Assembly (NCBI GenBank): GCA_965208575.1
Contig: CBDBOV010000006.1
Span: forward strand, 64,001-128,000
Origin: Spirochaetia bacterium
GTDB lineage: Bacteria > Spirochaetota > Spirochaetia > SZUA-6 > Bin103
Direction of reading: 5' to 3'
DNA length: 64,000 nt
Shown one piece after another: positions 48,607-58,190 of the stretch. A program made the position numbers and the translations under genes. Numbering within the stretch: the stretch's first letter is position 1; each line of letters starts with the position of its first letter. The notes beneath the pieces were generated by a model. That model did not search any database. It saw only the letters and a program-made list of their open reading frames with translations, and was not told the origin of the DNA.

Positions 48607-49043
48607 CCGATTTCTATCTGGATACGAGTGTTCTGGTAAAACTCTACTACCCGGAACCCGAATCCCAACGCGTTCAAGCCTGGGTGGGGCGCTACCGAAG
48701 AGCTCTTCCCTATACTTCGCTTCACCAGCTCGAACTGAACAACGCCTTGGCGCTCAAGCAGTTTCGAGGCGAGATCGATGCTGCTCAGGTTCGCCAATGC
48801 CAGGCTGCCGTGGAGGCAGATCTGGAGTCTGGTGCTCTGTTTCGACCTGTGTTGGACTGGGCGGAGATTTTCACGGTAGCAACTCGCCTCGCCAACCGCT
48901 ACACGGCCCAGGTCGGCGCGCGCTCGTTGGATGTCCTGCACGTCGCCGCCGCCGGGGCGGCCTCCTGCGGTGGGTTCTTCACCAACGACCCACGGCAGGC
49001 TCAACTCGCCCAGAGGGCAACGCTCACCGTCGAGAGCCTGTAG
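48603..49043 (+). CDS. vapC: PIN-domain toxin
   Basis: YLDTSVLVKLY..E, RSLDVLHVA, TND.RQ. Confidence 0.92.
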   Translation: MTDFYLDTSVLVKLYYPEPESQRVQAWVGRYRRALPYTSLHQLELNNALALKQFRGEIDAAQVRQCQAAVEADLESGALFRPVLDWAEIFTVATRLANRYTAQVGARSLDVLHVAAAGAASCGGFFTNDPRQAQLAQRATLTVESL

Positions 49044-49212
49044 AGCGAGATTGCGACCACGACGGGGAGCGGAGCGCTGGCACAGCGGCCACCGGAATCG
49101 ACCAGGCCACCTTCGACCGGCTCAAGCACTCTGACGGCGGCGCAACCCACTCTATCAGCCCACCGGCGTTGTGCGACGGCAGAGCAGCAACGGAACCCGT
49201 ACAGGAGCAAGC

Positions 49213-50484
49213 ATGACCCAATCTACAACCGTATATCCGTTGTCGGCGGTGCGGGCCCTGGCGCTGCATGCACAGGGGTTAGGCGAACCGCTGCGGCGGG
49301 GCGGGCGGCCATCGGTGGAGGACGTGTATGACGCCATCGAGCGGGTTGGGTGGGTGCAGATCGACACCCTGCAGGTAGTGCGGCGGGCGCAGTACCTGAC
49401 CCTGTGGAGCCGGCTCGGCACCTACGATCCGGCCCACCTCGACCGGCTGCTGTTCGACGGCGGCAGCGGCGGACCGGACAACGGGCGGCGGCTGTTCGAG
49501 AACTGGATGCACGCGGCCTGCATCATTCCGCTGACCCACTACCGCCTGGCGATGCCGATGATGCGCCGGCGCGCGGAGGGCCGCAGCGGCTGGCACCGCA
49601 GGTGGGTGCGCGACCCCGCCCGTGCCCGGCTGCTGCGGCAGGTGATGGCGCGCATCGAGGCCGAAGGGCCGCTCCGTCCGGCGGACATCCGCACCGAGAA
49701 GAAGCAGCCCGGCACCTGGTGGAACTGGGACGACGCCAAGATCGCCCTGGAACACCTGTACGACACCGGCGCGCTGGCCATCTGCAACCGGGTCAACTTC
49801 CAGCGCGTGTACGACCTGCGCGACCGCGTGCTGCCGGCGTGGGTCGACCGCCACGAGCCGTCCCGCGAGGATGCACTGGGCGCACTGTTGGAGATTTCGA
49901 GCCGGGCGCTCGGCGCCTGCAGCGCCGCCCAGGTGGCACACTACTTCCATGCCAAGCAGGCCGACGCCCGGCCGCTGGTCGACCGGCTGCGGGCCGAGGG
50001 CCGGCTCGTCACCGTAACGGCGCGGCTGGCCGACGGCGCCGATCACGAACTGGTGGTGCGCCGCGACAACCTGGAGCTGCTGCAGCGCGCCGCGGACGGC
50101 GACCTGCGTCCGCGCCGCACCACCTTCCTGAGTCCGTTCGACAGCCTGTTCTGGGCCAACGGGCGCGACCTGCAGGTGTGGCGGTTCCGGCAGGTGCTGG
50201 AGTGCTACAAGCCCGGGCCGCAGCGCGAGTGGGGCTACTTCTGCCTGCCGATCCTGGACCGCGACCGCCTGGTGGGCCGCTTCGACCCGAAGCTGGAGCG
50301 CGCCACCGGCCTGCTGCGGCTCAAGAGGCTCTACCTGGAGCCGGGGGTCCGGCCAAGCGCCCGCCTCGCCACCTCCGTGGCGCGCGCCATGCGCGACTTC
50401 ATGCGTTTCCACGCCGCCGACGACCTCGCCGTCGAGCACTGCGATCCGCCGTGTTTCCGCGCGAAGCTGACATCAGCACTTTGA
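49213..50484 (+). CDS. ycaQ: YcaQ/AlkZ-family winged-helix crosslink-repair DNA glycosylase
   Basis: VQIDT (QxD motif), LWSRLG, LSPFD, GYFCLPIL...LVGR. Confidence 0.88.
   Translation: MTQSTTVYPLSAVRALALHAQGLGEPLRRGGRPSVEDVYDAIERVGWVQIDTLQVVRRAQYLTLWSRLGTYDPAHLDRLLFDGGSGGPDNGRRLFENWMHAACIIPLTHYRLAMPMMRRRAEGRSGWHRRWVRDPARARLLRQVMARIEAEGPLRPADIRTEKKQPGTWWNWDDAKIALEHLYDTGALAICNRVNFQRVYDLRDRVLPAWVDRHEPSREDALGALLEISSRALGACSAAQVAHYFHAKQADARPLVDRLRAEGRLVTVTARLADGADHELVVRRDNLELLQRAADGDLRPRRTTFLSPFDSLFWANGRDLQVWRFRQVLECYKPGPQREWGYFCLPILDRDRLVGRFDPKLERATGLLRLKRLYLEPGVRPSARLATSVARAMRDFMRFHAADDLAVEHCDPPCFRAKLTSAL
50271..50484. repeat. ycaQ 3' end, duplicated at 52865-53078
   Basis: Collinear 214-bp match at offset 2594; diverges over the last ~45 bp. 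Confidence 0.92.
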
Positions 50485-50913
50485 TTCGCTGCCACACGGG
50501 CCACTTCCGCACTGCACCGATGAGGGCCGATGGTAAGCGTCCGCGCCTACAACGGACGCGACGGACTGCACCGAAATCCTCCGATTCCGCCGGGACATCG
50601 ACCGTACTGCGGCACTTGCGACGCCATTAGAATGATGGCTGCCATTTGCTTATATTCAGTTCCGTAGGATGATGCGCCGGATGACCCGAACTAGATCAGG
50701 ACTGCCGTCACCGGTCAGTACCGGTGCGAATCAGGTAGTGTACAGAAGCCAAAGACCGGCGATTCGGACAGACGGCGCCAGATCACGTGCGTCATCTTAT
50801 GGCCTCTCGAACGCATCAATCCAGTGCTCGACGATCAAGCTCAGGCATGGAAACTCTCTCCTTGATCCGGTAATCCACACCGCTAACGCGCTCACCCCCG
50901 TAGGACCCACAAG

Positions 50914-51147
50914 ATGCCACCAATACCTATACCGGATCCGTCCTTTCTCGATACGTGCGAGTACCTGGGTACGTTCTCCGGCGAAAAACGTTGGCGTTCT
51001 CATGATCGAAAGCGGTTGTACACATGGGATTCTTTACATGGAGAAATCGAGGTCTTCAATAGACGAGGCAAGCACTTGGGGGCTCTTGACGCTATCTCTG
51101 GGAATCTTAGGAAAGATGCCGTTAAAGGACGTCGGATAGATGTCTAA
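50914..51147 (+). CDS. Stand-alone colicin E3-like ribonuclease toxin domain
   Basis: KRW...LYTWDSLHGEIEVF...HLG..D matches the ColE3 YEWDSQHGELE catalytic motif; TAGGA RBS. Confidence 0.85.
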   Translation: MPPIPIPDPSFLDTCEYLGTFSGEKRWRSHDRKRLYTWDSLHGEIEVFNRRGKHLGALDAISGNLRKDAVKGRRIDV

Positions 51148-51457
51148 CTTTCTCGACAGGTGCCTATCAGGTGACGCTCTCGTTGAAGACATAGATGATT
51201 ACATAGATGACTGGCATCAAGGTGACAGTGATCAGTCCTTGCACGAGTTCTTGGGCATGACTCCCAGCGAGTACCGTTTGTGGGTGAAGGATCCGAACTG
51301 TCTTCCGTACATCGTGAGTGCACGTGTACGAGGGCATGAATTGACCGAATCCTCCGAACGGCAGGATGAACTAGCATTCGCGGCGAGATCAGATCGTCTT
51401 CGCGGTATTCCGAAGAAATTGATCGCATGGTTGAAGGACGAAGGATTATGGGAATAG
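51140..51457 (+). CDS. Hypothetical acidic protein, putative immunity protein/antitoxin
   Basis: Overlaps both neighbours; acidic EDIDDYIDDWH...LHEFLGM..EY..W. Confidence 0.7.
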   Translation: MSNFLDRCLSGDALVEDIDDYIDDWHQGDSDQSLHEFLGMTPSEYRLWVKDPNCLPYIVSARVRGHELTESSERQDELAFAARSDRLRGIPKKLIAWLKDEGLWE

Positions 51458-52440
51458 AATTTACTCCGGAGACCAACATAGCACGAAGAATCGTCGACAA
51501 ATACTCTCTTTCTCCTCCGGTCGACATCAAGTCCATGGTTGAGTCGCATGCGCGACTTACCTTTGTGCCAATACCGTTTGACGGTATAGACGGCATTTCC
51601 CTGAACTTGAAGACTATAGGAAGGTCAACGCATGTCATTGTGAATAGCATGATCGCTTCTGCAAGGCAACGATTCACGATGGCTCATGAGCTAGGTCATA
51701 TACTGATTCCGTGGCATGTGGGATCAGTCTTGATTGACCAAGTTGCTCCTGAATCTCCTCAGAGGTCAAGCTACTTTACTCCCGACAGTTGGACCATGGA
51801 GACTGAGGCGAATGCATTTGCCGCGGAATTGTTAATGCCATACTCGTGGATAAACAGACAGCTCTCAACCACGGGTGACCTCTCAAGGATCCACCGAGAC
51901 ATATCAGTATCCTGCAGAACGTCGGCACTATCGGCAGCCATTCGACTATCGCAATTCCTTCCCAAGAGAATCGTCTATGCAGCCGAGCGTGATGGACTAG
52001 TTGAGTTCTCGGGTACGACTGAGGGCACGATTGCAAGTCCACTCGGAAAGGGTTCTGCATTCCCTATGAATCCATTTGCCTATAGCGATCAACATTATGT
52101 GTCATCGATGCATCAACGACGACTTCATTGGTGGAGATTGCCGGAACACATCCATATAGATGTTTCCGATGATCGAACTTGGAGAAATATCCTCGATCAC
52201 ATTCTTCAAGACATCGGTCTCGGTACGCAAGAGATCGCGAGGATGAAGATGTCAATCAGTGGTGTTGTAGGATCCGCAAACAATCGGTGCAAAAACAAGC
52301 ACTGTGTGAGCGAAATAGTCTCTTCCTGCGTGCAAAGACTAAGTGACCGTAACCGCTATCGAGACCTAGTCGGACACAGAGATTTCTATGCGTTTATCCA
52401 AAAACGAGCCATGGATATTGCAAACAGAAATGAGGCTTGA
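51448..52440 (+). CDS. ImmA/IrrE-family Zn metallopeptidase
   Basis: RQRFTMAHELGH (HExxH), ETEANAFAAELLMP, TS..AA.IR. Confidence 0.92.
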   Translation: MGIEFTPETNIARRIVDKYSLSPPVDIKSMVESHARLTFVPIPFDGIDGISLNLKTIGRSTHVIVNSMIASARQRFTMAHELGHILIPWHVGSVLIDQVAPESPQRSSYFTPDSWTMETEANAFAAELLMPYSWINRQLSTTGDLSRIHRDISVSCRTSALSAAIRLSQFLPKRIVYAAERDGLVEFSGTTEGTIASPLGKGSAFPMNPFAYSDQHYVSSMHQRRLHWWRLPEHIHIDVSDDRTWRNILDHILQDIGLGTQEIARMKMSISGVVGSANNRCKNKHCVSEIVSSCVQRLSDRNRYRDLVGHRDFYAFIQKRAMDIANRNEA

Positions 52441-52509
52441 AGTCCATGTGAGTTGGTCGGATGACCAGCGCGCCGCCTGGTCATCGACAACAGCCAGGGA
52501 GTCTTCCTA

Positions 52510-52864
52510 ATGCGCGAGCCGGTTCTGCTTTTCGATCTTGGCAATACCCTGGTCGAGACTTTCGGCCGGGGGGTCCATGCCAGTCCTGCAGGAGTCGATC
52601 CGCTTGGCCGGGGAGGCGCTCGGCGCGGCCGGCCACCTGGTTTCCTCCCGGCGCCGAAGTGGAGCGCCGGGTGGCGGAGGAAACTCGCACCGCGCACAAC
52701 TATCGGGTGCGCCCGCTGCACCGGCGCCTGGTGCGCATCTTTCGCGTGCACGGCGGTGCCTACAGTGACACCATGCGCGCCATGAGCCGCGCGTTCATGG
52801 GACCCATCTTTGCCACGGCGCGCCGCTACGACGATACGCTCGACGCGCTGCCCTCATGGCGTCG
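52510..52864 (+). pseudogene. Frameshifted duplicate of the HAD hydrolase 5' end (56028-56384)
   Basis: MREPVLLFDLGNTLVE then indels; collinear with the intact copy. Confidence 0.9.
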
Positions 52865-53078
52865 GGTGGGCCGCTTCGACCCGAAACTGGAGCGCGCCAC
52901 CGGCCTGCTGCGGCTCAAGAAGCTCTACCTGGAGCCGGGGGTCAGGCCGAGCGCCCGGCTGGCCACCTCGGTGGCGCGCGCCATGCGCGACTTCATGCGT
53001 TTCCACGCCGCCGGCGACCTCGCCGTCGAGCACAGCGAACCCTCCGACTTCGGCGCCCGGCTTACGGCGGCCCTGTAG
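52865..53078 (+). pseudogene. Duplicate ycaQ 3' fragment
   Basis: VGRFDPKLERATGLLRLKKLYLEPG...LTAAL*. Confidence 0.9.
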
Positions 53079-53104
53079 CTCCCGCGGCGCGCAGCCCCGA
53101 CCCT

Positions 53105-54112
53105 CTACGAGCGCGCGTCGCCGTCCCTTTCCGTCGGCGGTGCTCCGTAGTAGGTCTCGATCACCTCCTCGATGTCCGGGGCGACGATGCTGAAGTCATT
53201 GATCCGCATGAGGCGCGAAAGCCGCGAGATGAGCTCCACCGAGTCGTGCCGATGGTGGTCGAACTCGAGACAGATCCTGCTGTCTTCCGCCGACCGCAGC
53301 CGGCAGCCCGGTATGTCGATGGCGGGAACGGCGTCGTCGGTCAGCACGTACACCAGCTTGTAGGGAGCGAGCTTGCGGGTGATGTTCGCGAGCCGGTCGT
53401 CCTCCACGATGCGGCCGTGGTTGATGACGATGATGCGCTCGCACAGCTTCTCGATGTCGGACAGGTCGTGGGTGGTCAGGACGACGGTCGTGTGGTAGGC
53501 GCGGTTCATCTCCCGGATGAAGGTCTGAATCTTCTTCTTGCCGACGATGTCGAGACCGATGGTCGGTTCGTCCAGGAACAGCAGCTTGGGGGCGTGCAGG
53601 AACGCGCCCACCAGGTTGCCGCGCATGCTCTGGCCGAGCGAAAGCTGGCGCACCGGCTGGTCGACAATCTCGTCGATGTCGAGCAACTCGGCGAAGATGC
53701 CCATGCGCTCGGTGTAGTCGGCGTCGCTGATGTCGTACATGCGCTTGAGCAACTCGAACGTCTCTCCTAGCCGGATGTCCCAGTACAGTTGGCTGCGCTG
53801 CCCGAAAACAACCCCGATGTCCTCCGCCAGCTCGCGCCGCTTCCTCGGCAGCTCCAGGCCGTTCACCGCGACGGTGCCCGCCGACGGATGCAGGATGCCG
53901 CACAGCATCTTGATGGTGGTGCTCTTGCCGGAGCCGTTCGGACCGATGTAGCCGATGATCTCGCCCTGCTCGACGCTGAACGATACGTCCTTGACCGCCT
54001 CGATGGAGCGAATGTCAGGGAACAGCATCCCCTTCACCGCGCCGGCCAGGCCCTTCTTCTTCTGATTGACCTTGAAGGTCTTGGAGATGCGCCTGGTCTC
54101 AATGATGCTCAT
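53105..54112 (-). CDS. ABC-2 exporter ATP-binding protein
   Basis: GPNGSGKS, LSLGQ, LDEPT. Confidence 0.93.
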   Translation of the reverse strand: MSIIETRRISKTFKVNQKKKGLAGAVKGMLFPDIRSIEAVKDVSFSVEQGEIIGYIGPNGSGKSTTIKMLCGILHPSAGTVAVNGLELPRKRRELAEDIGVVFGQRSQLYWDIRLGETFELLKRMYDISDADYTERMGIFAELLDIDEIVDQPVRQLSLGQSMRGNLVGAFLHAPKLLFLDEPTIGLDIVGKKKIQTFIREMNRAYHTTVVLTTHDLSDIEKLCERIIVINHGRIVEDDRLANITRKLAPYKLVYVLTDDAVPAIDIPGCRLRSAEDSRICLEFDHHRHDSVELISRLSRLMRINDFSIVAPDIEEVIETYYGAPPTERDGDARS

Positions 54113-54125
54113 CTTGGCTGATCCT

Positions 54126-54941
54126 TTAGTGTCCGGCGCTCTCGTAGTACCTGAGCCCGAGACGGAAGAACAGGTAGGACCCCACGGTAAGTACCACGGC
54201 CATGACCGCCATGGCGACGAACACCCCGGCGCCGGCCACCAGGCCGTCCTCGATACCCAGCACCGCCGACGCCGGGTAGAAGGCGACGAAGCCGGTTGGT
54301 ATCAGGAACGTGAGGATGAACTGCATCAGCCACGGGTAGACGGTCAGCGGGTAGCGCCCGATGTCGTTCATCAGCGACGCCGAGAACTCCTTGAGGGACT
54401 CGCGGTTGCGCCACCAGAAGCAGGTCGTCGAGCCGACCAGGTAGAGCGCGCCGCGGATGATGCTGCACAGCAACAGGAGCAGCACCAGGCCGGTCACGTT
54501 GCCGGCCGTGGCAGTGAAGCCCATCTCGGCCAGGCTGTAGACAATCATCACCAGCGCCAGGATCGGGTTGGCCAGGTCCATGTAGTTGACCCCACGCGAG
54601 ACGTGCAGCCACAGCGTGTCCAGGGGGCGTACCAGCAGCAGGTCGAAATCGCCGCGCAAGATAACGCGGCCCATGTACCAGATCGGTTGCGCCACCACCA
54701 GCACGATGCCGTGGGTCATGAGATTGAAGCTGTACAGGAACGACACCCCGGCGACGTCCCAGTCGCCGATCGCCTGAAATTCCGTGAACATCACCCGGAT
54801 CACGAAGAAGCCGGTTACGGCGGTGGTCAGATTCATCAGGAAGATGTTCTGCAGGTAGACCGGGTACTCGATGAGGCGGATCAACGACAGCTTGGTATAG
54901 AACAGGCTGACGCGGAGGTGCCGGGCGAGGGTGCTCATCAT
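54126..54941 (-). CDS. ABC-2 family permease
   Basis: GDFDLLLVRP, YP..VYP, YESAG. Confidence 0.88.
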   Translation of the reverse strand: MMSTLARHLRVSLFYTKLSLIRLIEYPVYLQNIFLMNLTTAVTGFFVIRVMFTEFQAIGDWDVAGVSFLYSFNLMTHGIVLVVAQPIWYMGRVILRGDFDLLLVRPLDTLWLHVSRGVNYMDLANPILALVMIVYSLAEMGFTATAGNVTGLVLLLLLCSIIRGALYLVGSTTCFWWRNRESLKEFSASLMNDIGRYPLTVYPWLMQFILTFLIPTGFVAFYPASAVLGIEDGLVAGAGVFVAMAVMAVVLTVGSYLFFRLGLRYYESAGH

Positions 54942-55735
54942 CCCCCCTGCACCACGATCTTCTTCTTGACCAGGTTCCACATCATGGCGGCACAGAGCAC
55001 GCCCACGGCAATCCACAGGAGCTGGGTCGCGAGCCCTTCGAAAATCTCTGCGCGCGAGAACTTGCCGATGTAGATGCCGAGCGGGAACTGGTAGATATAG
55101 ATGAACGGCAGGAACGACGAGATGCGCTGGAACCACTCCGGAAAGAACCAGATCGGCACCACGCTGCCGGACAGGAACACGACCGTCGCGCGCACGACCA
55201 GGCCGAAGTTGCCGAAGTCCATGTACCAGATCGAGGTGAGTCCGACCATGTAGCTGATCGAGGTCATCAGCACGTAGCTGAAACCGAGACTGACCAGGAA
55301 CCACAGGAACAGCGGCCCGCTCGCCGGCAGCGGGACGGCAATCAGCAGCGACGCAACCACGACCAGCGGCACGCCCCGAATGAGCAGCCGGCTCACCGCG
55401 GCGCCCAGGTCGTCGGCCACCCACGCCGCCCAGAGGTGCATCGGGCGGATCAGGTCGATGCTGATGCTGCCGTTGTAGATGCGCTCGTTGATCTGCTCGG
55501 GCAGGTCGGAAAACAGCAGTTGATTCATCGTCTGGGCGGCGATCAGGTACACCAGCATCTGGCCCAGGGTTACGGCGCGCGCGGTCTCCTGGTCGCCGTA
55601 CAGGGCCTTCCACAGGAACGACATGCCGACCACCACGACGAAGCTGGTCAGAACGAGGAACGCCACCTCCGTTCGATACTCGAGGCTCGACAGGAATCGC
55701 GTCTTGACTATGTGCCCGTAGAGCCGCGGCCGCAT
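54938..55735 (-). CDS. ABC-2 family permease
   Basis: GSISIDLIRP, LSGSVVPI.FFP, VQGG. Confidence 0.88.
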   Translation of the reverse strand: MRPRLYGHIVKTRFLSSLEYRTEVAFLVLTSFVVVVGMSFLWKALYGDQETARAVTLGQMLVYLIAAQTMNQLLFSDLPEQINERIYNGSISIDLIRPMHLWAAWVADDLGAAVSRLLIRGVPLVVVASLLIAVPLPASGPLFLWFLVSLGFSYVLMTSISYMVGLTSIWYMDFGNFGLVVRATVVFLSGSVVPIWFFPEWFQRISSFLPFIYIYQFPLGIYIGKFSRAEIFEGLATQLLWIAVGVLCAAMMWNLVKKKIVVQGG

Positions 55736-56027
55736 CGCGGGAATGTAGCGAGACTCGTCCACGCCGGCAACCGACATCGGCCGCCGCGGGCCGCCGCGGC
55801 TGCCGCGTTCCTGCACGGTCCGGCGCGGCCAGGGCAATCACGCCGGCCGATGGCGCGCAGCAGCGCCGGTGGTGGGGCTTGGGGTGCTTCGGTGGTTCGG
55901 TGACGGCGCCGCGCGTTATCCGGGAGCCGCCGATGCTGTTCCTGACCATCACCGTCTACAGCCTGAACGTGCTTCGGTCGGATGCGTTGCTCGATCTCGG
56001 CAACTTCGCGTACAGTCGGGCACTCCG

Positions 56028-56855
56028 ATGCGCGAACCGGTTCTGCTGTTCGATCTTGGCAATACCCTGGTCGAGTACTTTCGGCCCGGCGGGTTCACGC
56101 CGGTCCTGCGGGAATCGATCCGCCTGGCCGGGAAAGCGCTGGCCGAGGCCGGCCACCCGGTTCCTCCCGGCGCCGAAGTGGAGCGCCGGGTGGCGGAGGA
56201 GGATCACACCGCGCGCAACTACCGGGTGCGCCCGCTGCACCGGCGCCTGGCGCGCATCTTTCGGCTGCACGGCGGGGCCGACAGTGACATCATGCGCGCC
56301 ATGAGCCGCGCGTTCATGGAACCCATCTTTGCCACCGCGCGCTGCTACGACGATACGCTCGATGCGCTGTCCTCGTGGCGGCGGCGCGGCTACCGGATCG
56401 GCATCCTGTCCAACGCGCCGTGGGGCACGCCGCCGTGGGCGTGGCACGAGGAGCTGGCGCGGCACGGACTGGCCGAGCGCTGCGACCTGGCCCTGTTCTG
56501 CGGCGAGGTGGGGTGGCGCAAGCCCGCCCTCCCGCTGTTCCGCGCGGCACTGAACCACTTCGCCTGCCGCCCCGAGGACTGCGTGTTCGTCGGCGACGAC
56601 CCGCGCTGGGACGTGTACGGCGCGCGGCGGGCGGGCATCACGCCGCTGCTGATCGACCGCACCGGTGCCGGTGCACATGGCGCGCAGCCGGACTTGCGTT
56701 CGCTCGCCGACCTGGAACCGGTGCTGGCGCGCTGGGACGGCGCCGGCGGACGCTCCACCGGAGCCGGGCCGGCGGCCGGTACCGAGGCGACCGGCGGCGG
56801 CGGACGCGGTACCGGAACCGGGGCGGCGGGCGCCGCCGGCGCGGGTGGTGCCTGA
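56028..56855 (+). CDS. HAD-family hydrolase
   Basis: FDLGNTL, LSN, RKP, VGDD...D. Confidence 0.9.
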   Translation: MREPVLLFDLGNTLVEYFRPGGFTPVLRESIRLAGKALAEAGHPVPPGAEVERRVAEEDHTARNYRVRPLHRRLARIFRLHGGADSDIMRAMSRAFMEPIFATARCYDDTLDALSSWRRRGYRIGILSNAPWGTPPWAWHEELARHGLAERCDLALFCGEVGWRKPALPLFRAALNHFACRPEDCVFVGDDPRWDVYGARRAGITPLLIDRTGAGAHGAQPDLRSLADLEPVLARWDGAGGRSTGAGPAAGTEATGGGGRGTGTGAAGAAGAGGA

Positions 56856-58122
56856 ACCGGTGCCGGCGCCGTCTCCGGCGAAGGCGCCGCGACCGCGGGA
56901 CGCGGCTGAACCGGCGCGGGCCATGGCCTCCAACCGCAGCACGGAGAACGGCGCACTGCGCGCGGGAGTCCGCACGGAAGCCCGCACGGGAGTCCGTACG
57001 GACTCCCGCACGGATCTCCGCACGCACCTGCGCACGGAGCTGATCGACCTGACCCGCGCGCTGGTGCACGTGCCGAGCTCGGCGGCGCATCCGTCGGCGA
57101 TCGAGCGCGGCCTGGAGTTGCTGCGCGGCCGCCTGCGGCCGCTGGCCGGCGTGCGCATCGACGAGCATCTGTGCGAAGGCGTGCCGTCGCTGGTGGTGCT
57201 GCCGGCGGCGGTCGAGACGCCGTCGATCCTGCTGGTGGGGCACGTCGACGTGGTCGACCACGGCTCGCGGCGCCATTACCGGGCGCGGGTGCGCGACGGG
57301 CGCATCTACGGCCCGGGCGCCGGCGACATGAAAGGGTCGTTGGCGATCATGGTGTCGCTGTTCGGGGAGCTGGTAAGCCGCCATCCGGAGGTGCCGCTCG
57401 GCCTGGCGGTCACCGCCGACGAGGAGCGCGGCAGCCAGCACGGCACCCGCTACCTCCTGGACCAGGGACTGTCCTGCGACCTGGCGATCCTGCCCGACGG
57501 CGGCTCGATCGACACCGTGGTGGTGGCGGAGAAGGGCCTCTTGCACGTGGAGGTGGTGTGGCGCGGCGCCTCCACCCACGGCGCCTACCCGTGGACCGGC
57601 AACAACCCGGTGGACGGCATGCTGCACGACTTGGCCAGGATGCGCGAGCGGTTCGCCGCGCTCGCCACCGACCGGCCCGACCACTGGCACCCCACCTCTA
57701 CCGTCACCACGCTGGAGTCGGAGAGCAAGTCGGTCAACCGCGTACCCGAGTTCGCGCGCGCCGGCGTCGACGTACGCTTCACGCCGCCGTGGACGGTGGC
57801 GACCATGCTGCGCGAAGTGCAGGCCTGCCTCAGCCCGGGCGCGGAGCTGTCGCTGCCCAACGTGACCGAGTGCACCCGCATGACCGTGGACGCCGACTTC
57901 CGCGCCATCACCGAGCAGGTGCTCGGCACTCCGCTGCAGGAAATGCGCACCGCCGGAGCCAGCGATGCGCGCTTTTTCTCCGCGCAAGGCATCCCGGCCA
58001 TCCTCAGCCGGCCGGTGGTGGGCAACGTGCACCGCGTCGACGAGTGGATCGACATCGGCTCGATGCTGCAGTACTACCGTATCCTGCACACCTTCATCTC
58101 CCGGCGCCTGCACCTGTCCTGA
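56848..58122 (+). CDS. M20 family metallohydrolase (ArgE/DapE-like); start uncertain (alternative 56923)
   Basis: GHVDVV, GPGAGDMKG, DEE, H...E.I. Confidence 0.88.
   Translation: MPEPVPAPSPAKAPRPRDAAEPARAMASNRSTENGALRAGVRTEARTGVRTDSRTDLRTHLRTELIDLTRALVHVPSSAAHPSAIERGLELLRGRLRPLAGVRIDEHLCEGVPSLVVLPAAVETPSILLVGHVDVVDHGSRRHYRARVRDGRIYGPGAGDMKGSLAIMVSLFGELVSRHPEVPLGLAVTADEERGSQHGTRYLLDQGLSCDLAILPDGGSIDTVVVAEKGLLHVEVVWRGASTHGAYPWTGNNPVDGMLHDLARMRERFAALATDRPDHWHPTSTVTTLESESKSVNRVPEFARAGVDVRFTPPWTVATMLREVQACLSPGAELSLPNVTECTRMTVDADFRAITEQVLGTPLQEMRTAGASDARFFSAQGIPAILSRPVVGNVHRVDEWIDIGSMLQYYRILHTFISRRLHLS
56959..57042 (+). repeat. Seven imperfect 12-bp tandem repeats (CGCACGGxxxxx) in the M20 N-terminus
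   Basis: Encodes RAGV-RTEA-RTGV-RTDS-RTDL-RTHL-RTEL. Confidence 0.85.
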
Positions 58123-58190
58123 ACCGCCTCAACCGGGACACTTTCGCCGCACGCGGCAATGGCGATCACAGCGCGATCGGGGTCTCGCGT

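Noticed and set aside
50485-50913. Missing N-terminal delivery domain or XRE repressor for the toxin operon
   Set aside because: No continuous in-frame ORF or HTH-like translation was recognised; the toxin has its own RBS and ATG.
56959-57042. CRISPR-like repeat
   Set aside because: 12-bp in-frame coding repeats without spacers; no cas genes in the window.
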